Of a DNA stretch of 64,000 nucleotides, positions 8,099 to 18,577 are shown in pieces. The DNA is from a virus. A program made the translations under genes and the position numbers. The stretch is from IMG/VR virus record IMGVR_UViG_3300006735_000001, positions 49,578 to 113,577 of that record. One strand, written 5' to 3'. Each line of letters begins with the position of its first letter. Position 1 is the first letter of the stretch. The notes under the pieces are model-generated. The model saw only the letters and a list, made by a program, of their open reading frames with translations. It made no database searches and was not told where the DNA came from.

Positions 8099-9724
8099 AT
8101 GGAATATAATAAATACTACTGGCTTAATGAAGACAGCCGCACATTTTTATCAAGAGGATATATAACAGAAGAACCAGAACAAAGAATAAAAGACATAGCA
8201 AATACAGCAGAGAAATATCTACACATGCCCGGTTTTGCTGAGAAGTTTGAAAAATACATGTCTAAAGGATTCTATAGTCTATCAACACCAGTATGGATTA
8301 ATTTTGGAAAACAAAAAGGACTGCCTATAAGTTGTTATGGATCTAACATAGATGACAATCTAGATAGTATACTCAATGCAGGCCGTGAAATAGGTATGAT
8401 GTCTAAATATGGCGGAGGTACAAGTTGTTATCTTGGTAATATAAGACCTAGAGGATCGGTTATATCAACAGGAGGACTAGCAGATGGTCCTGTGCACTAT
8501 GCTAGAATATACGATACTGTGGTAGATGTATGTAAACAGTCTGAAGCAAGACGTGGTGCTTGTGCTGCTTATCTACCAATAGAGCATACAGACATTGAAG
8601 AGTTCCTAGATATTGGAACTGAGGGAAACTTAATACAAAATTTACAGTATGGTGTTACTGTAAGTAGTAGTTGGTTAGAACAAATGCGTGCTGGTGATAA
8701 AGCTAAACGTAAAATGTGGGCTAAAGTAATTCAAAGAAGGAGTGAGTTTGGTTATCCTTATATAATGTTTACGGACAACTCAAATAACAATAGCCCATAT
8801 AAAGAAATAGGAATGAAGATCACTGCATCTAATTTATGTTCTGAGATTCAGTTGCCTACTGATACATATAACTCATTTGTATGTTGTTTAGGTTCTATAA
8901 ACTTATTGCACTGGGATGAAATTATTAAAACAGACGCTATAGAAACATATGTGTTCTTTTTAAATGCTGTTATGGATGAATTCATTAAAAAGGCTGAAGT
9001 AAAAGCTGGCCTTAAAAGAGCATATAACTTTGCTAGCAAACATAGAGCTATTGGTTTAGGAGTATTGGGATACCATAGTTTATTTCAATCAAAACTAATA
9101 GAGTTTGAGTCACTAGCAGCTAAACAATTAAACAATCATATATTTAAACATTTAAAAGAAACGTCAGATGAAGCATCAAGATGGTTATATCAACACAGAG
9201 GATACAGATCCTTACGTGAAGGATATGCAAACACAACTCTTATGGCTATTGCTCCTACTAAATCAAGTTCATTTATCCACGGTGCTGTATCTATGGGTAT
9301 TGAGCCAATAAAATCTAATTACTTTATTAAGGACCTTGCTAAGTCTAAGACTATATACAAAAATCCATTTCTTGTAGAAGAATTAAATAAGTATGGATTA
9401 AACACAAAGAAGACCTGGGCAAGTATACTTAAGAAAGATGGATCCGTACAACACTTGGACTTTCCAACTAAAGCTGTATTCAAATCGTTTGTTGAGATAA
9501 CACCTAAAGAGTTAGTTTTGCAAGCTGCACAAAGACAGAAGTATATTGATCAATCACAATCTTTAAATCTTATGATACATCCATCTGTATCTGCTAAAGA
9601 TATAAATGCATTATATTTATATGCACATGATGAGGGCGTGAAAACTTTATACTATCAGTTTAGTCAAAGCTCTGCTCAAGACTTTGCTAGAAATATATTA
9701 GAGTGTTCTAGCTGTGAAGGTTAG
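8099..9724 (+). CDS. nrdA: ribonucleotide reductase alpha subunit, no ATP cone
   Basis: STPVW.NFG, ISCY, SNLCSEI, AIAPT.SSS, KTLYY, C-terminal CSSCEG. Confidence 0.96.
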   Translation: MEYNKYYWLNEDSRTFLSRGYITEEPEQRIKDIANTAEKYLHMPGFAEKFEKYMSKGFYSLSTPVWINFGKQKGLPISCYGSNIDDNLDSILNAGREIGMMSKYGGGTSCYLGNIRPRGSVISTGGLADGPVHYARIYDTVVDVCKQSEARRGACAAYLPIEHTDIEEFLDIGTEGNLIQNLQYGVTVSSSWLEQMRAGDKAKRKMWAKVIQRRSEFGYPYIMFTDNSNNNSPYKEIGMKITASNLCSEIQLPTDTYNSFVCCLGSINLLHWDEIIKTDAIETYVFFLNAVMDEFIKKAEVKAGLKRAYNFASKHRAIGLGVLGYHSLFQSKLIEFESLAAKQLNNHIFKHLKETSDEASRWLYQHRGYRSLREGYANTTLMAIAPTKSSSFIHGAVSMGIEPIKSNYFIKDLAKSKTIYKNPFLVEELNKYGLNTKKTWASILKKDGSVQHLDFPTKAVFKSFVEITPKELVLQAAQRQKYIDQSQSLNLMIHPSVSAKDINALYLYAHDEGVKTLYYQFSQSSAQDFARNILECSSCEG

Positions 9725-10227
9725 TCTCTTCTAGGAATTCCTTTACTTTTTACTACACTAGGAACCCGTGGTTTTGAGTTTGTATTATTTCGCTGTACAT
9801 TAATAGTAGATCTTGTATTATTTATATTGTTATTCCAACTTTGTATATTTATATTTGATCTACTGTTGACAGGCGGGACTACAATATTATTACTAGTTCT
9901 TGGGCCATTTATTCTAACTCTTGGTTTCTCAACCTTATCCGGCTTAATATATAGATCTCTAAAATACCATGTCTGTGGTCTATATATTTGATACCCAAAG
10001 TTATAGGGCTGGTTCCAATAGTAGTTATTCCAATTATTGAATCTATAGTTATCAAATACATTTACATAATTATACTTCTGGAATTCTTTTATAGGTATAG
10101 CAACTGTATCGCCTGCAGATGTTATAGTTAAGACTTTAGTAATTTTTAATTTAGGTGTAGTCTCTAAGTTATAAACTCCACAACTCAAAATACTATGCAA
10201 GCATAATAGTAATATTAATTTTTTCAT
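9721..10227 (-). CDS. predicted lipoprotein with N/P-rich disordered tail
   Basis: MKKLILLLCLHSILS-C lipobox. Confidence 0.65.
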   Translation of the reverse strand: MKKLILLLCLHSILSCGVYNLETTPKLKITKVLTITSAGDTVAIPIKEFQKYNYVNVFDNYRFNNWNNYYWNQPYNFGYQIYRPQTWYFRDLYIKPDKVEKPRVRINGPRTSNNIVVPPVNSRSNINIQSWNNNINNTRSTINVQRNNTNSKPRVPSVVKSKGIPRRD

Positions 10228-10628
10228 AAGCCTCGTTTATTGGTGTTAAGTGTTTTTTTCTTACCCCCGTCATAGACATATGCATGCCCTTCTTCTATTA
10301 AAGTTTTACAGACATCAATCTGCAAGCCTTGTTCATTCTTTATAAATACTTCTGCAAGAACCCTGCCGTACTTTCCAGTACCGTATGAGCGTATTCGGAA
10401 GAAACTCTTATCACACGTCTGTTCTGTCAGCATTTCTTTAGTTCGTGCCTTAGCCGCAAGTCCTTTTTCTTTCTCTTCTAAATCCTTCGTTCTGCACTCC
10501 CAAGTATCTAAACCGTAAAATCTAATTCTCTTTTTGACCCAGGTATCAAAACCTAAATCAATCATTGCGTCCACAGTATCTCCGTCAACTACTCGTAATA
10601 GTCTAGCTTTATATATATATTTTTCCAT
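10224..10628 (-). CDS. thermonuclease (SNase-like) family protein
   Basis: RVVDGDT, RIRFYGLDT.E, GKYGRVLA, L...GHA..Y. Confidence 0.88.
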   Translation of the reverse strand: MEKYIYKARLLRVVDGDTVDAMIDLGFDTWVKKRIRFYGLDTWECRTKDLEEKEKGLAAKARTKEMLTEQTCDKSFFRIRSYGTGKYGRVLAEVFIKNEQGLQIDVCKTLIEEGHAYVYDGGKKKTLNTNKRGL

Positions 10629-10632
10629 AATA

Positions 10633-11031
10633 TTAAAATTGACTTGCCTCAGATAAGTCGTTTATATCAGACTGTAACTTATCTAGATCTACAGGACACT
10701 CAAGATCTAATCCGGCTTTATATGTAAATTCTTTGAAACCCTCTTTAAATATTATAAGTGTGGGGGCCATGCGTATTCTATATTTTTTCTTTGAATCTGG
10801 TGAGTCAGCTATATTACATCTATAGTATTTAACTCCTGTAAGTTTTTCCCAGTCTTGAAAAGCATTGTCTTTATTAAAGTCTGCATAAAACTCAATTACA
10901 ACTATCTCATAATCTTCTTCAAAAGCATTGTTACCTGAAATGGCACTATCAAACTCTTTATCTGTTACCCAGTCTTGGGCCACTACTTGTGTCCCTACTA
11001 GCAGTAATAATAATGTTAGTAAGTACCTCAT
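10633..11031 (-). CDS. secreted thioredoxin-fold protein lacking CxxC
   Basis: Signal peptide ending VVA-QD; VVIEFYADFN in place of F.A.WCxxC; cis-Pro motif YRIRMAPTLIIFKEG. Confidence 0.65.
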   Translation of the reverse strand: MRYLLTLLLLLVGTQVVAQDWVTDKEFDSAISGNNAFEEDYEIVVIEFYADFNKDNAFQDWEKLTGVKYYRCNIADSPDSKKKYRIRMAPTLIIFKEGFKEFTYKAGLDLECPVDLDKLQSDINDLSEASQF

Positions 11032-11034
11032 AGC

Positions 11035-11325
11035 TTATTTTTTGGTTAGATCATAGATTCTCTCTTCCATCTTCTCAAACTTTTCTAGCAGCATCTCTAC
11101 ATCTTCTTGAGTTTCCATTATAGTCTGTCTGACAAGTTCATCTTTAAGATCATACTCAACTCTATTTATTGGTGGTTCAGGCATTTCCATTGCATGAGCT
11201 ATATCAGCTTGAAGTGTAAACCACATTGTTGCTAATGTAATTGTAAACCCTACAATCATACCTATTGTTTTTAAATCTAAAGTTACTTTAGTTTCTTCTC
11301 CTATCTGTGGTGCCTGTTGTGCCAT
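11035..11325 (-). CDS. single-pass membrane protein with C-terminal coiled coil
   Basis: TM IGMIVGFTITLATMWFTL; acidic heptad-like tail. Confidence 0.7.
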   Translation of the reverse strand: MAQQAPQIGEETKVTLDLKTIGMIVGFTITLATMWFTLQADIAHAMEMPEPPINRVEYDLKDELVRQTIMETQEDVEMLLEKFEKMEERIYDLTKK

Positions 11326-11331
11326 TATTTA

Positions 11332-12567
11332 TTATTTAAATGAAAAGTTTAAACCTATACTACTTTGGTATAACTCACTATCCCAGAATTTACCATATTC
11401 TCCTTCTATAAAGACACCAAAGTTTTTACTTAATTTCCATCCTAGATTGATACCTAGATTGTAATCTTCCCATTGTTCATGCTGTGAGTCTTCTATTAGT
11501 CCGCCTTTACCCCAGTTGTTTCTATTTAAATAACTAAAGTCCTCATCCCCAGTAATATATGTGTGATTGGGTAATATATAATTAGCATAAGCATGTAACC
11601 AAAATTTACTCTTATAATGATAGAAGTCAAAACCTACTATAGGTGCTATCTCTCCAAATTCACTAATAAGGTCCCATTGTTCATTATTATATCTATTAAT
11701 AAGATCTCTAAATACTGAATTTCTAAAATCTAAATCTGAGTATGCCACTATATTTCCGTCTGCATCTTTCCAAATCCAGTCTTGTCTTTCTTCACCTGTG
11801 GTCACATCCGTGTAAGTTGTATAATGATCTGTGTATCCATATTCAAAACCTAAAGAATACCATGGATTAATAGGGTACTCAACAACTTCACCTTCAGGTG
11901 TTGTAAATGTTTCTGTTTCATTCAACCATATTTCAATGGGGTTATATCCGTAAGCACGCTCATGAGTACGGTAGATAGCACCAGCTGAAATACTAAACTT
12001 TTTTCCAATAGGCAAGCGTAGTCTGGCCTCAGCAGACTTATAGTTTAGGTTAATACTTCCTACTTCTCTTGATTCAGCTTTAATTATATGATATTTACCT
12101 GTATGCTTAACAAATATTCTATGATTATTGAATTCTTCTCCACGGAGTCTTTCTTTTTCTATGTGAAACTGATACTCTAATCCTGCTAGAGCAGAGGTTG
12201 GTGCAGTAAATGCCAGTTGTTGTTCTGTACCATCATACCAATTTCTTGGTTTTCTTTCATAGCTAAATCTGGCCAGCTTTCTGATTCCAAATCCTATTCT
12301 ATAATCAAAGTCATAGTACTCTGTTACATCTACTACACGGGGTATACCATAAAGATCTCCTTCATCAGGTCTCTCTACAAAAAAGTCTTGTCTGCTTGTC
12401 TGATAGGAATTACGTGCATCACCTGCTGCATATACAGTTCCATACTGTAAAAAGTCTTGGTATAATGCCTTGAAGAACTTACCTTTTTCTTTTACTTCTT
12501 GTGAGTGAGAAGCATTAGGTAAAAACAAAAGTAGTATAAAAACCAACAGACTTAAATAGTTTTTCAT
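11332..12567 (-). CDS. predicted outer-membrane beta-barrel protein
   Basis: Sec signal peptide; alternating aromatic amphipathic strands; C-terminal YQSSIGLNFSFK beta-signal-like end. Confidence 0.65.
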   Translation of the reverse strand: MKNYLSLLVFILLLFLPNASHSQEVKEKGKFFKALYQDFLQYGTVYAAGDARNSYQTSRQDFFVERPDEGDLYGIPRVVDVTEYYDFDYRIGFGIRKLARFSYERKPRNWYDGTEQQLAFTAPTSALAGLEYQFHIEKERLRGEEFNNHRIFVKHTGKYHIIKAESREVGSINLNYKSAEARLRLPIGKKFSISAGAIYRTHERAYGYNPIEIWLNETETFTTPEGEVVEYPINPWYSLGFEYGYTDHYTTYTDVTTGEERQDWIWKDADGNIVAYSDLDFRNSVFRDLINRYNNEQWDLISEFGEIAPIVGFDFYHYKSKFWLHAYANYILPNHTYITGDEDFSYLNRNNWGKGGLIEDSQHEQWEDYNLGINLGWKLSKNFGVFIEGEYGKFWDSELYQSSIGLNFSFK

Positions 12568-12603
12568 ATTTAAAGTTTAATATTAATCTAGTTTAATGTT
12601 GGT

Positions 12604-12623
12604 CTATAAATATAATATACAGA
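12604..12623 (-). promoter_or_regulatory. putative phage late promoter, copy 2
   Basis: TCTGTATATTATATTTATAG. Confidence 0.55.
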
Positions 12624-12664
12624 TAAAAGTTTAAATTTCTAAATATTAAACCTGCAAATTTGTC

Positions 12665-15600
12665 TTATTTAATAAAGAAATCTTCCATAGTGGAGTAACT
12701 ACGCCATTTATTAAACGTATGTAATATTGGTAATGCATCTCCCCAGTTTTTCCATAATTTTAATTTACCTTTTCTTTTTCCTTGTTGATAGTATACATCT
12801 TTGTTAGCTTTAACATCTAAGTCACTTTGTACCATATAGTAAAAAGGTGTTTCTAAAGTCATCCATAGTGCCTCTGATAATTCTCCCATTGTTCTTGTTG
12901 AAGCAATAGGTGATTTAACCATTTGCATTTGTTGAGTACCACCAGCTATAGGAAGGAACATTACTAATTCAAATAAAGTTCTATCTGCTTGATATTTTAC
13001 AACATTTTTCAAACGTTTAACTGTTTCACTATCATCATCATCACCAGATAAAATAGAGCTAAAGATTATTGAAGTTATTAATACACTCATCATAATACCT
13101 ATCTCACCCATAGTTCTATAAAAACCTTGAAGTTTATTCATAGCTCTTTGGTCTTTGTTACCACCCTCTCCAGTATACCCATAGTCTGCTAAAAAACCAT
13201 CTTTATAGTTAGTTCTGATTTCTCCTTTTTTAACCTGCTCAAATACATAACTTAAAAACTTCATAAAGGATACATATCTACCTTCCATAAATCCTAAGTT
13301 TTCATCAAAGTATTCTGTTTGATATCTTGCTCTAATTGCAGGAGCAACCCACTTATGAAATTGTGCAGCCAATTTACCAACAGTAATAGATTGCATAACC
13401 ATTCTATCTTCTTTAGCATAGTTACCATGAATCTGTTTATTGACTTCTCTTATTTCATTTCTAATATCATATCTTATTTTATTATACCATTTTTCAAAAG
13501 AAACATTACCTTCAGGATTAAATGTATCTGACTTACCATTTATTCTAATAATAGTATCAAATCCAGGTCTTAATTCATTTTTATGTGTTTCTGGATTATA
13601 ATCAAAGGCATCATAAAATGAAATTTGTTCCTCAGTCTTACTATTTTTTACTTGCGTATCAATCAAAATAGCCATACCATTTTTTGTTTGTACATTATAT
13701 TCTGCCGCATCCTGTAGTATATAACCCCACTCAGCTGCACGTGCAAACCAACTCTTATTATTTGATGTTGACTCTGTCTGTTCACGCAATTGAGACATGG
13801 GGTCCATCATTCTAAAAGAATCTACAAAAGCTTCATATTTACTATTAGGCTTAGTAGAATCATATGAGCTAACATTTGCTCCTGGTATTAAGCCTACAGT
13901 AATTAAGTTTCCAAAATCTTTAGCACCTGTATGAGAAGTTCTATAAATTAAATCAGGAATTGCTCTTTTGTTAAATATCATTTCAGCTCTAACGTAAGCT
14001 GATCTGCTATAGAATCTACCCCCTAATGCTTCAATAGCATTATTTATTCTACCAATAACATAGTTATTAAAGTTACCAAATGGATTAAATGCTACATATG
14101 CTAATGAAGATATTTGTATAAGTCCATCTGCAATTTTATCCCAAGCACCCTTACTTACATTTTCGTTATCATAGTAAACCATGCTCATAAACTTTTTAGC
14201 ACGTCTGACTATGTTTGCTTCTACTTGTGTTTCAGATTGTTTCTTACCAATTTTTTTAAATACTCCATTAATTACCTTACCTAAGTCTAAAGAAGGATCA
14301 GAATCCCCATATTCTCTTTGTCCAATCACCTGCAGATAGGCTCTTAACGTATCTTCTATTTCACCCATAACAGAATAATTTTCTGCCATTGCTGTAAAAG
14401 CTAAAATACTTTCTCCTAAATCTGTATTTATTTCACCAACAGTTGGAGTTGCTTCTAGTTGTTGGACCTTACCTCTTAGTGCATACATTTTTTCTTTATA
14501 CTCATCTTTTTTAATATTCCCTTTCTTACGTTCTTCTTTTAAATCAGATATTTGTTTTTCTAATTCTACTATTGCCTCTGTATCTTTCGGACTACCCACA
14601 TAATAAATAGGTAATGAAGAAACAATATTTCCTAATTCATCTGTAACAATTGTCTTTTCACTATAAGTTCCTGTAAATGCACCCCAAGCTTCTTTACTAA
14701 TAATTTTGCTAAAGACTTTATTTACAAAAGTAGGTTTCTTAGTCATGTCTTTAATAAACTTATCCTTCTGTAGTGGTACCTTATTTATCATCATTGTTCT
14801 TATACCTGGGTCTAGTTTGGATAATAACTCATCTTGATATAAGTCCAGAACAATATTTTCATAAAATTCTTTTTGTGCAACACCTAATGCATCTGTAGGA
14901 TTCATTATTTCTATATATTGCTTACTCATCATATTAGTGCCATCTGCTGCTACATCTCTAACCTCTATAAACTCTGGCTTAACAAAAGGTCTGCTAGGCT
15001 TAACATTTTCAACAACCACACCATTAAATTTACCATCAACTTTTATTGCCTTTGTATAAGGATTTGGAGTTTGATAATATTTATTTTCATATACTGCAAA
15101 CTCTCCAGTACCCACATACTTATTTCTAACCAACCAATATCCAGGGGATCCTTCATTTCCCGGATTCCATACTTCATACTTATCTCTAGCATTTTTAAAC
15201 TCTTGTGTATATTGATGATAATTACCTGCTACAGGCTGACCAGTTTCTGGATCTTTTTGTTCAGCTCTTAAAAATAATCCAAAGTCTTCTTTAGCTTGAG
15301 CAAGCCTAATGTTGTTTTTTATATCTTCTTCAGATGCTACATCTAAATCACTTACAGGTGCATAAACATATTTTGTACCTGTGTTATCAGATAAAGGTGC
15401 ATAAAATTGTGCTTTAAGTATATCATACTGTGCACCAATTCTTTGAACAATATCATTTCTAATACCACCTTGATCATCTTGTGCAAAGGCAAACTTAAAT
15501 GCTTCTTTTCCTTCAAGTCCTGATAGTTGTAATACTGGGTTGGCAAATCTAGCAATTCTATCTTTTTGTAATTGTACTTGATCTAATAATTCTTGATTTT

Positions 15601-18574
15601 TAGATTTAAACATTTTTGCCATAAGCGCTAACATTACATCTGGAGATGTATCCATATCTCTTGTTTGTAACTCAGTGCCGTTTATATCTTTAGTATATCT
15701 AATAAGCTCTTCTAAATTTTCTTCAGTAAATAAACTATTGATACCACCATAATCTCTATTAGATCTTGCCTTAATATCTGCCTTTACAAAATCATCTACA
15801 GCAGTTCTAATAATAGGAGGTTGATCTCCAACACCTTCCTTTAACTCATTCAATAAACTTGTTAATCTAAAATATAAAGACTTCTGTACAGCATTAAGAT
15901 CTTTGTTATCTTTCAATTGATGTAGTCCTCTGAAAGTCGCTGCAAATCTATTATAATTTAAAACATATGTTATGTAGTTTCCATCATCCATATTACTAGG
16001 ATCTAAAACATACTCTTTAAATGCTTTAATTTCATCTATAGAGTCTTTTAAAAATGATGTGTATGCTGAACTTGCTTTTATACCACCTTCTTGTAATGCA
16101 TAACCTATGTAAGATATATGCATTGCAATTCTATCTCTTTGCTCAAGTTTAGTTCTATTTCTAAAGATATTACTTCTTATAGCTTTTTCAGCTTCTTGTA
16201 CTGATATAAGACCAATTCTAAAATTTTCTAGTGCAGCAAGTATAGAATTATATTCTGGATATACTTGTTTATTTATAGTACCTTCTTCATCACTAAAGTC
16301 TTCATCTTTTCCACGGTAAGGTTTGTTAGGATCCCCTTGTGTTTGTCTATCAAGTTTATCTGCTTCAAAATTATCTAATGTTGCAGGTATAATTTTATTT
16401 ATTTGAGGTTTGAATTGACCTGGTGGATGTTTTGTCACACCTTCAAACTTAATAGTACCAAAAGTTTTATCCTTTACAATTTTTATACCTTTTTCATTTC
16501 TTAATGTCTCACCGTCTTTAGTTTCATACACATCTTTTATTCCTGTACTAAAATGTAAAGTAACTACGTCAGATCCGTCCTCACTAAAATCAAATTCATA
16601 TCCCATATTCTCCAACATCCTTCTATAGAGATTTACCTGAAACATTTGTTGAGTCTTTAAGGTCATACTATCCACACCTGCATTAAATACTAAACTACCA
16701 CTTTGTTCAGGTTTGAATGGATATGATGTATCGCTATATGGATTTATAACTGGATCCCCTACCTTCTGACCTTTTCTCTTCTCATATATACTATTCTTAG
16801 ATGTTTTAAGATCTAGTATTTTAATCTTACCTTCTTCTGTAATAATTATTACATCAGCTGTACCTGCAATTTCAGTTGCCTTATCAAAAAGAGTAACTTG
16901 TGTTAACATGATTGAGCCAGCAGGCCTAAATGTATCTAATGCAGTTTCCAAAGCAATTGATATTCTAGTTACATCTTCAACTTGCATTTGATCTAAAGAA
17001 GCTTTTAGTACTCTAAGTTGAAATGATTTTGTTCCTGCAATTGATGAATCCTCTGGAGACTGTGCAATTTCTTTTTCTAACTTATCTATTTTTAATTTAG
17101 TATCCTTAGTAATGTTCTCTAACATTTGTTCTGGAGTAAATAAAATAGAATTTGATTGCATATTAGTTACAACATAATCTAATAATGCATCTACTTGATT
17201 ACCTACTTCTATTTCTAAAGTAGCATCATAATCTATCTGTAAATCACCTTTGATAACATTAGTTACTGATCTGTATTCTTTACCTGTGTTTAAGTTATAA
17301 TATTTATGGTCTGGTTCGTTTAATGCTACTATATCAGTAGGGGTATCCACATTTGCATTTACAGCTAATGTAGATACTTCTTCATCTAATTTAGTAGATA
17401 CCATAGTCATTCTATCTACTAGAGTTCTCTGCAGTGAGTTACCTTTACTTTTAGCAGCATCAACTTGTTTTTGTTTTTCATTTGATAAACTAAATCTCAC
17501 TCTCCCATTAGTAGGTACATCAAGTTTGAACTCTATTCCTTCTGTATTTAGAAGTTTAGCAATATCTGTAAGAGTTGTATTAGGATTTATTGCTGTAACT
17601 GGTATAGCTCTACCGGTAAGATATTCATTTAAATTCTTTATAACTCCACTGAACCATTCTAAAAAATCTTTTATCTTATCTAAAAAAGATTTGGTTGGTT
17701 TAGTTTCATATTCTCTTTTAAAGTGTCTAGTTAATGCTTGCGTTACTATTTCTATGTTTCTATCTGTCTCATTAAAACCCCTATCATTATTATAAGTATC
17801 TTTTATTTCTTGCACCATTGATGGAAATGTTTTGCTAGCCTCAGCTAATAAACCATCATATAGTTCTTTATTATCTAATCTAACAGACTCTATAAAGGGG
17901 TGCATCATTTCTTCTATAGCAGTTTCATCTGTAACTCTTCCTTGAATTAAATAAGCTGTGCCATCTACATAAAATGAGTTTGCGTCTTGTTTTATTGAGT
18001 TAGGAAATGATTTTAGTAGAACATTTGCTTGACCGGGTGTAATCATTTTTACTTTTATACCAGGGAATAACCTCATAAGATGAGTTACAACTGCTCTTGA
18101 TCTAGGAGTATCCCACCCCCTTGATTTATCTATCATATCTTTAGGAGAAAACATATCGTCATTTACAGTAACTCTAAATGATTCTTTTGTTCTTGTAAGG
18201 CTAATTGTATCTTGAGGAATATTATTTATATCTAAATATCTTTTTAACCTTTTAACGTTAGATTGCAAAAACATTTCATCATATTCTCTTGTAGCTGGAT
18301 TTGAATTGTTTACATAGAAAGAATCTTTAAAGTTATGACCTATCCTTTCTCTGCGTAAATTAGATAATAAAGACTCACCAAATAGTTTTTGCTTTAAAGA
18401 GAATGATTTTTTCTTTTGATTTAAATAAGTTTCAACTTCAAAAGGTGTTGGAAAAACATTTGTATTATTTACATCTTGCCAACCATTAATAATATTATTA
18501 GTGTCTATTTCACTTTTATATATATTATTAATTATCTGATAACCCGGATCATTTATATTAAAACACTTAGCCAT
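12665..18574 (-). CDS. giant virion cargo/ejection protein with degenerate zincin and PD-(D/E)xK nuclease domain
   Basis: TAIEEMMHPF; IAGTADVIII..GKIKILDLKTS..Q...Y; C-terminal TM-like helix; adjacent to vRNAP. Confidence 0.7.
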   Translation of the reverse strand: MAKCFNINDPGYQIINNIYKSEIDTNNIINGWQDVNNTNVFPTPFEVETYLNQKKKSFSLKQKLFGESLLSNLRRERIGHNFKDSFYVNNSNPATREYDEMFLQSNVKRLKRYLDINNIPQDTISLTRTKESFRVTVNDDMFSPKDMIDKSRGWDTPRSRAVVTHLMRLFPGIKVKMITPGQANVLLKSFPNSIKQDANSFYVDGTAYLIQGRVTDETAIEEMMHPFIESVRLDNKELYDGLLAEASKTFPSMVQEIKDTYNNDRGFNETDRNIEIVTQALTRHFKREYETKPTKSFLDKIKDFLEWFSGVIKNLNEYLTGRAIPVTAINPNTTLTDIAKLLNTEGIEFKLDVPTNGRVRFSLSNEKQKQVDAAKSKGNSLQRTLVDRMTMVSTKLDEEVSTLAVNANVDTPTDIVALNEPDHKYYNLNTGKEYRSVTNVIKGDLQIDYDATLEIEVGNQVDALLDYVVTNMQSNSILFTPEQMLENITKDTKLKIDKLEKEIAQSPEDSSIAGTKSFQLRVLKASLDQMQVEDVTRISIALETALDTFRPAGSIMLTQVTLFDKATEIAGTADVIIITEEGKIKILDLKTSKNSIYEKRKGQKVGDPVINPYSDTSYPFKPEQSGSLVFNAGVDSMTLKTQQMFQVNLYRRMLENMGYEFDFSEDGSDVVTLHFSTGIKDVYETKDGETLRNEKGIKIVKDKTFGTIKFEGVTKHPPGQFKPQINKIIPATLDNFEADKLDRQTQGDPNKPYRGKDEDFSDEEGTINKQVYPEYNSILAALENFRIGLISVQEAEKAIRSNIFRNRTKLEQRDRIAMHISYIGYALQEGGIKASSAYTSFLKDSIDEIKAFKEYVLDPSNMDDGNYITYVLNYNRFAATFRGLHQLKDNKDLNAVQKSLYFRLTSLLNELKEGVGDQPPIIRTAVDDFVKADIKARSNRDYGGINSLFTEENLEELIRYTKDINGTELQTRDMDTSPDVMLALMAKMFKSKNQELLDQVQLQKDRIARFANPVLQLSGLEGKEAFKFAFAQDDQGGIRNDIVQRIGAQYDILKAQFYAPLSDNTGTKYVYAPVSDLDVASEEDIKNNIRLAQAKEDFGLFLRAEQKDPETGQPVAGNYHQYTQEFKNARDKYEVWNPGNEGSPGYWLVRNKYVGTGEFAVYENKYYQTPNPYTKAIKVDGKFNGVVVENVKPSRPFVKPEFIEVRDVAADGTNMMSKQYIEIMNPTDALGVAQKEFYENIVLDLYQDELLSKLDPGIRTMMINKVPLQKDKFIKDMTKKPTFVNKVFSKIISKEAWGAFTGTYSEKTIVTDELGNIVSSLPIYYVGSPKDTEAIVELEKQISDLKEERKKGNIKKDEYKEKMYALRGKVQQLEATPTVGEINTDLGESILAFTAMAENYSVMGEIEDTLRAYLQVIGQREYGDSDPSLDLGKVINGVFKKIGKKQSETQVEANIVRRAKKFMSMVYYDNENVSKGAWDKIADGLIQISSLAYVAFNPFGNFNNYVIGRINNAIEALGGRFYSRSAYVRAEMIFNKRAIPDLIYRTSHTGAKDFGNLITVGLIPGANVSSYDSTKPNSKYEAFVDSFRMMDPMSQLREQTESTSNNKSWFARAAEWGYILQDAAEYNVQTKNGMAILIDTQVKNSKTEEQISFYDAFDYNPETHKNELRPGFDTIIRINGKSDTFNPEGNVSFEKWYNKIRYDIRNEIREVNKQIHGNYAKEDRMVMQSITVGKLAAQFHKWVAPAIRARYQTEYFDENLGFMEGRYVSFMKFLSYVFEQVKKGEIRTNYKDGFLADYGYTGEGGNKDQRAMNKLQGFYRTMGEIGIMMSVLITSIIFSSILSGDDDDSETVKRLKNVVKYQADRTLFELVMFLPIAGGTQQMQMVKSPIASTRTMGELSEALWMTLETPFYYMVQSDLDVKANKDVYYQQGKRKGKLKLWKNWGDALPILHTFNKWRSYSTMEDFFIK

Positions 18575-18577
18575 AAT

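Noticed and set aside
6957-9724. Intron or intein in the RNR genes
   Set aside because: Both subunits are compact and uninterrupted
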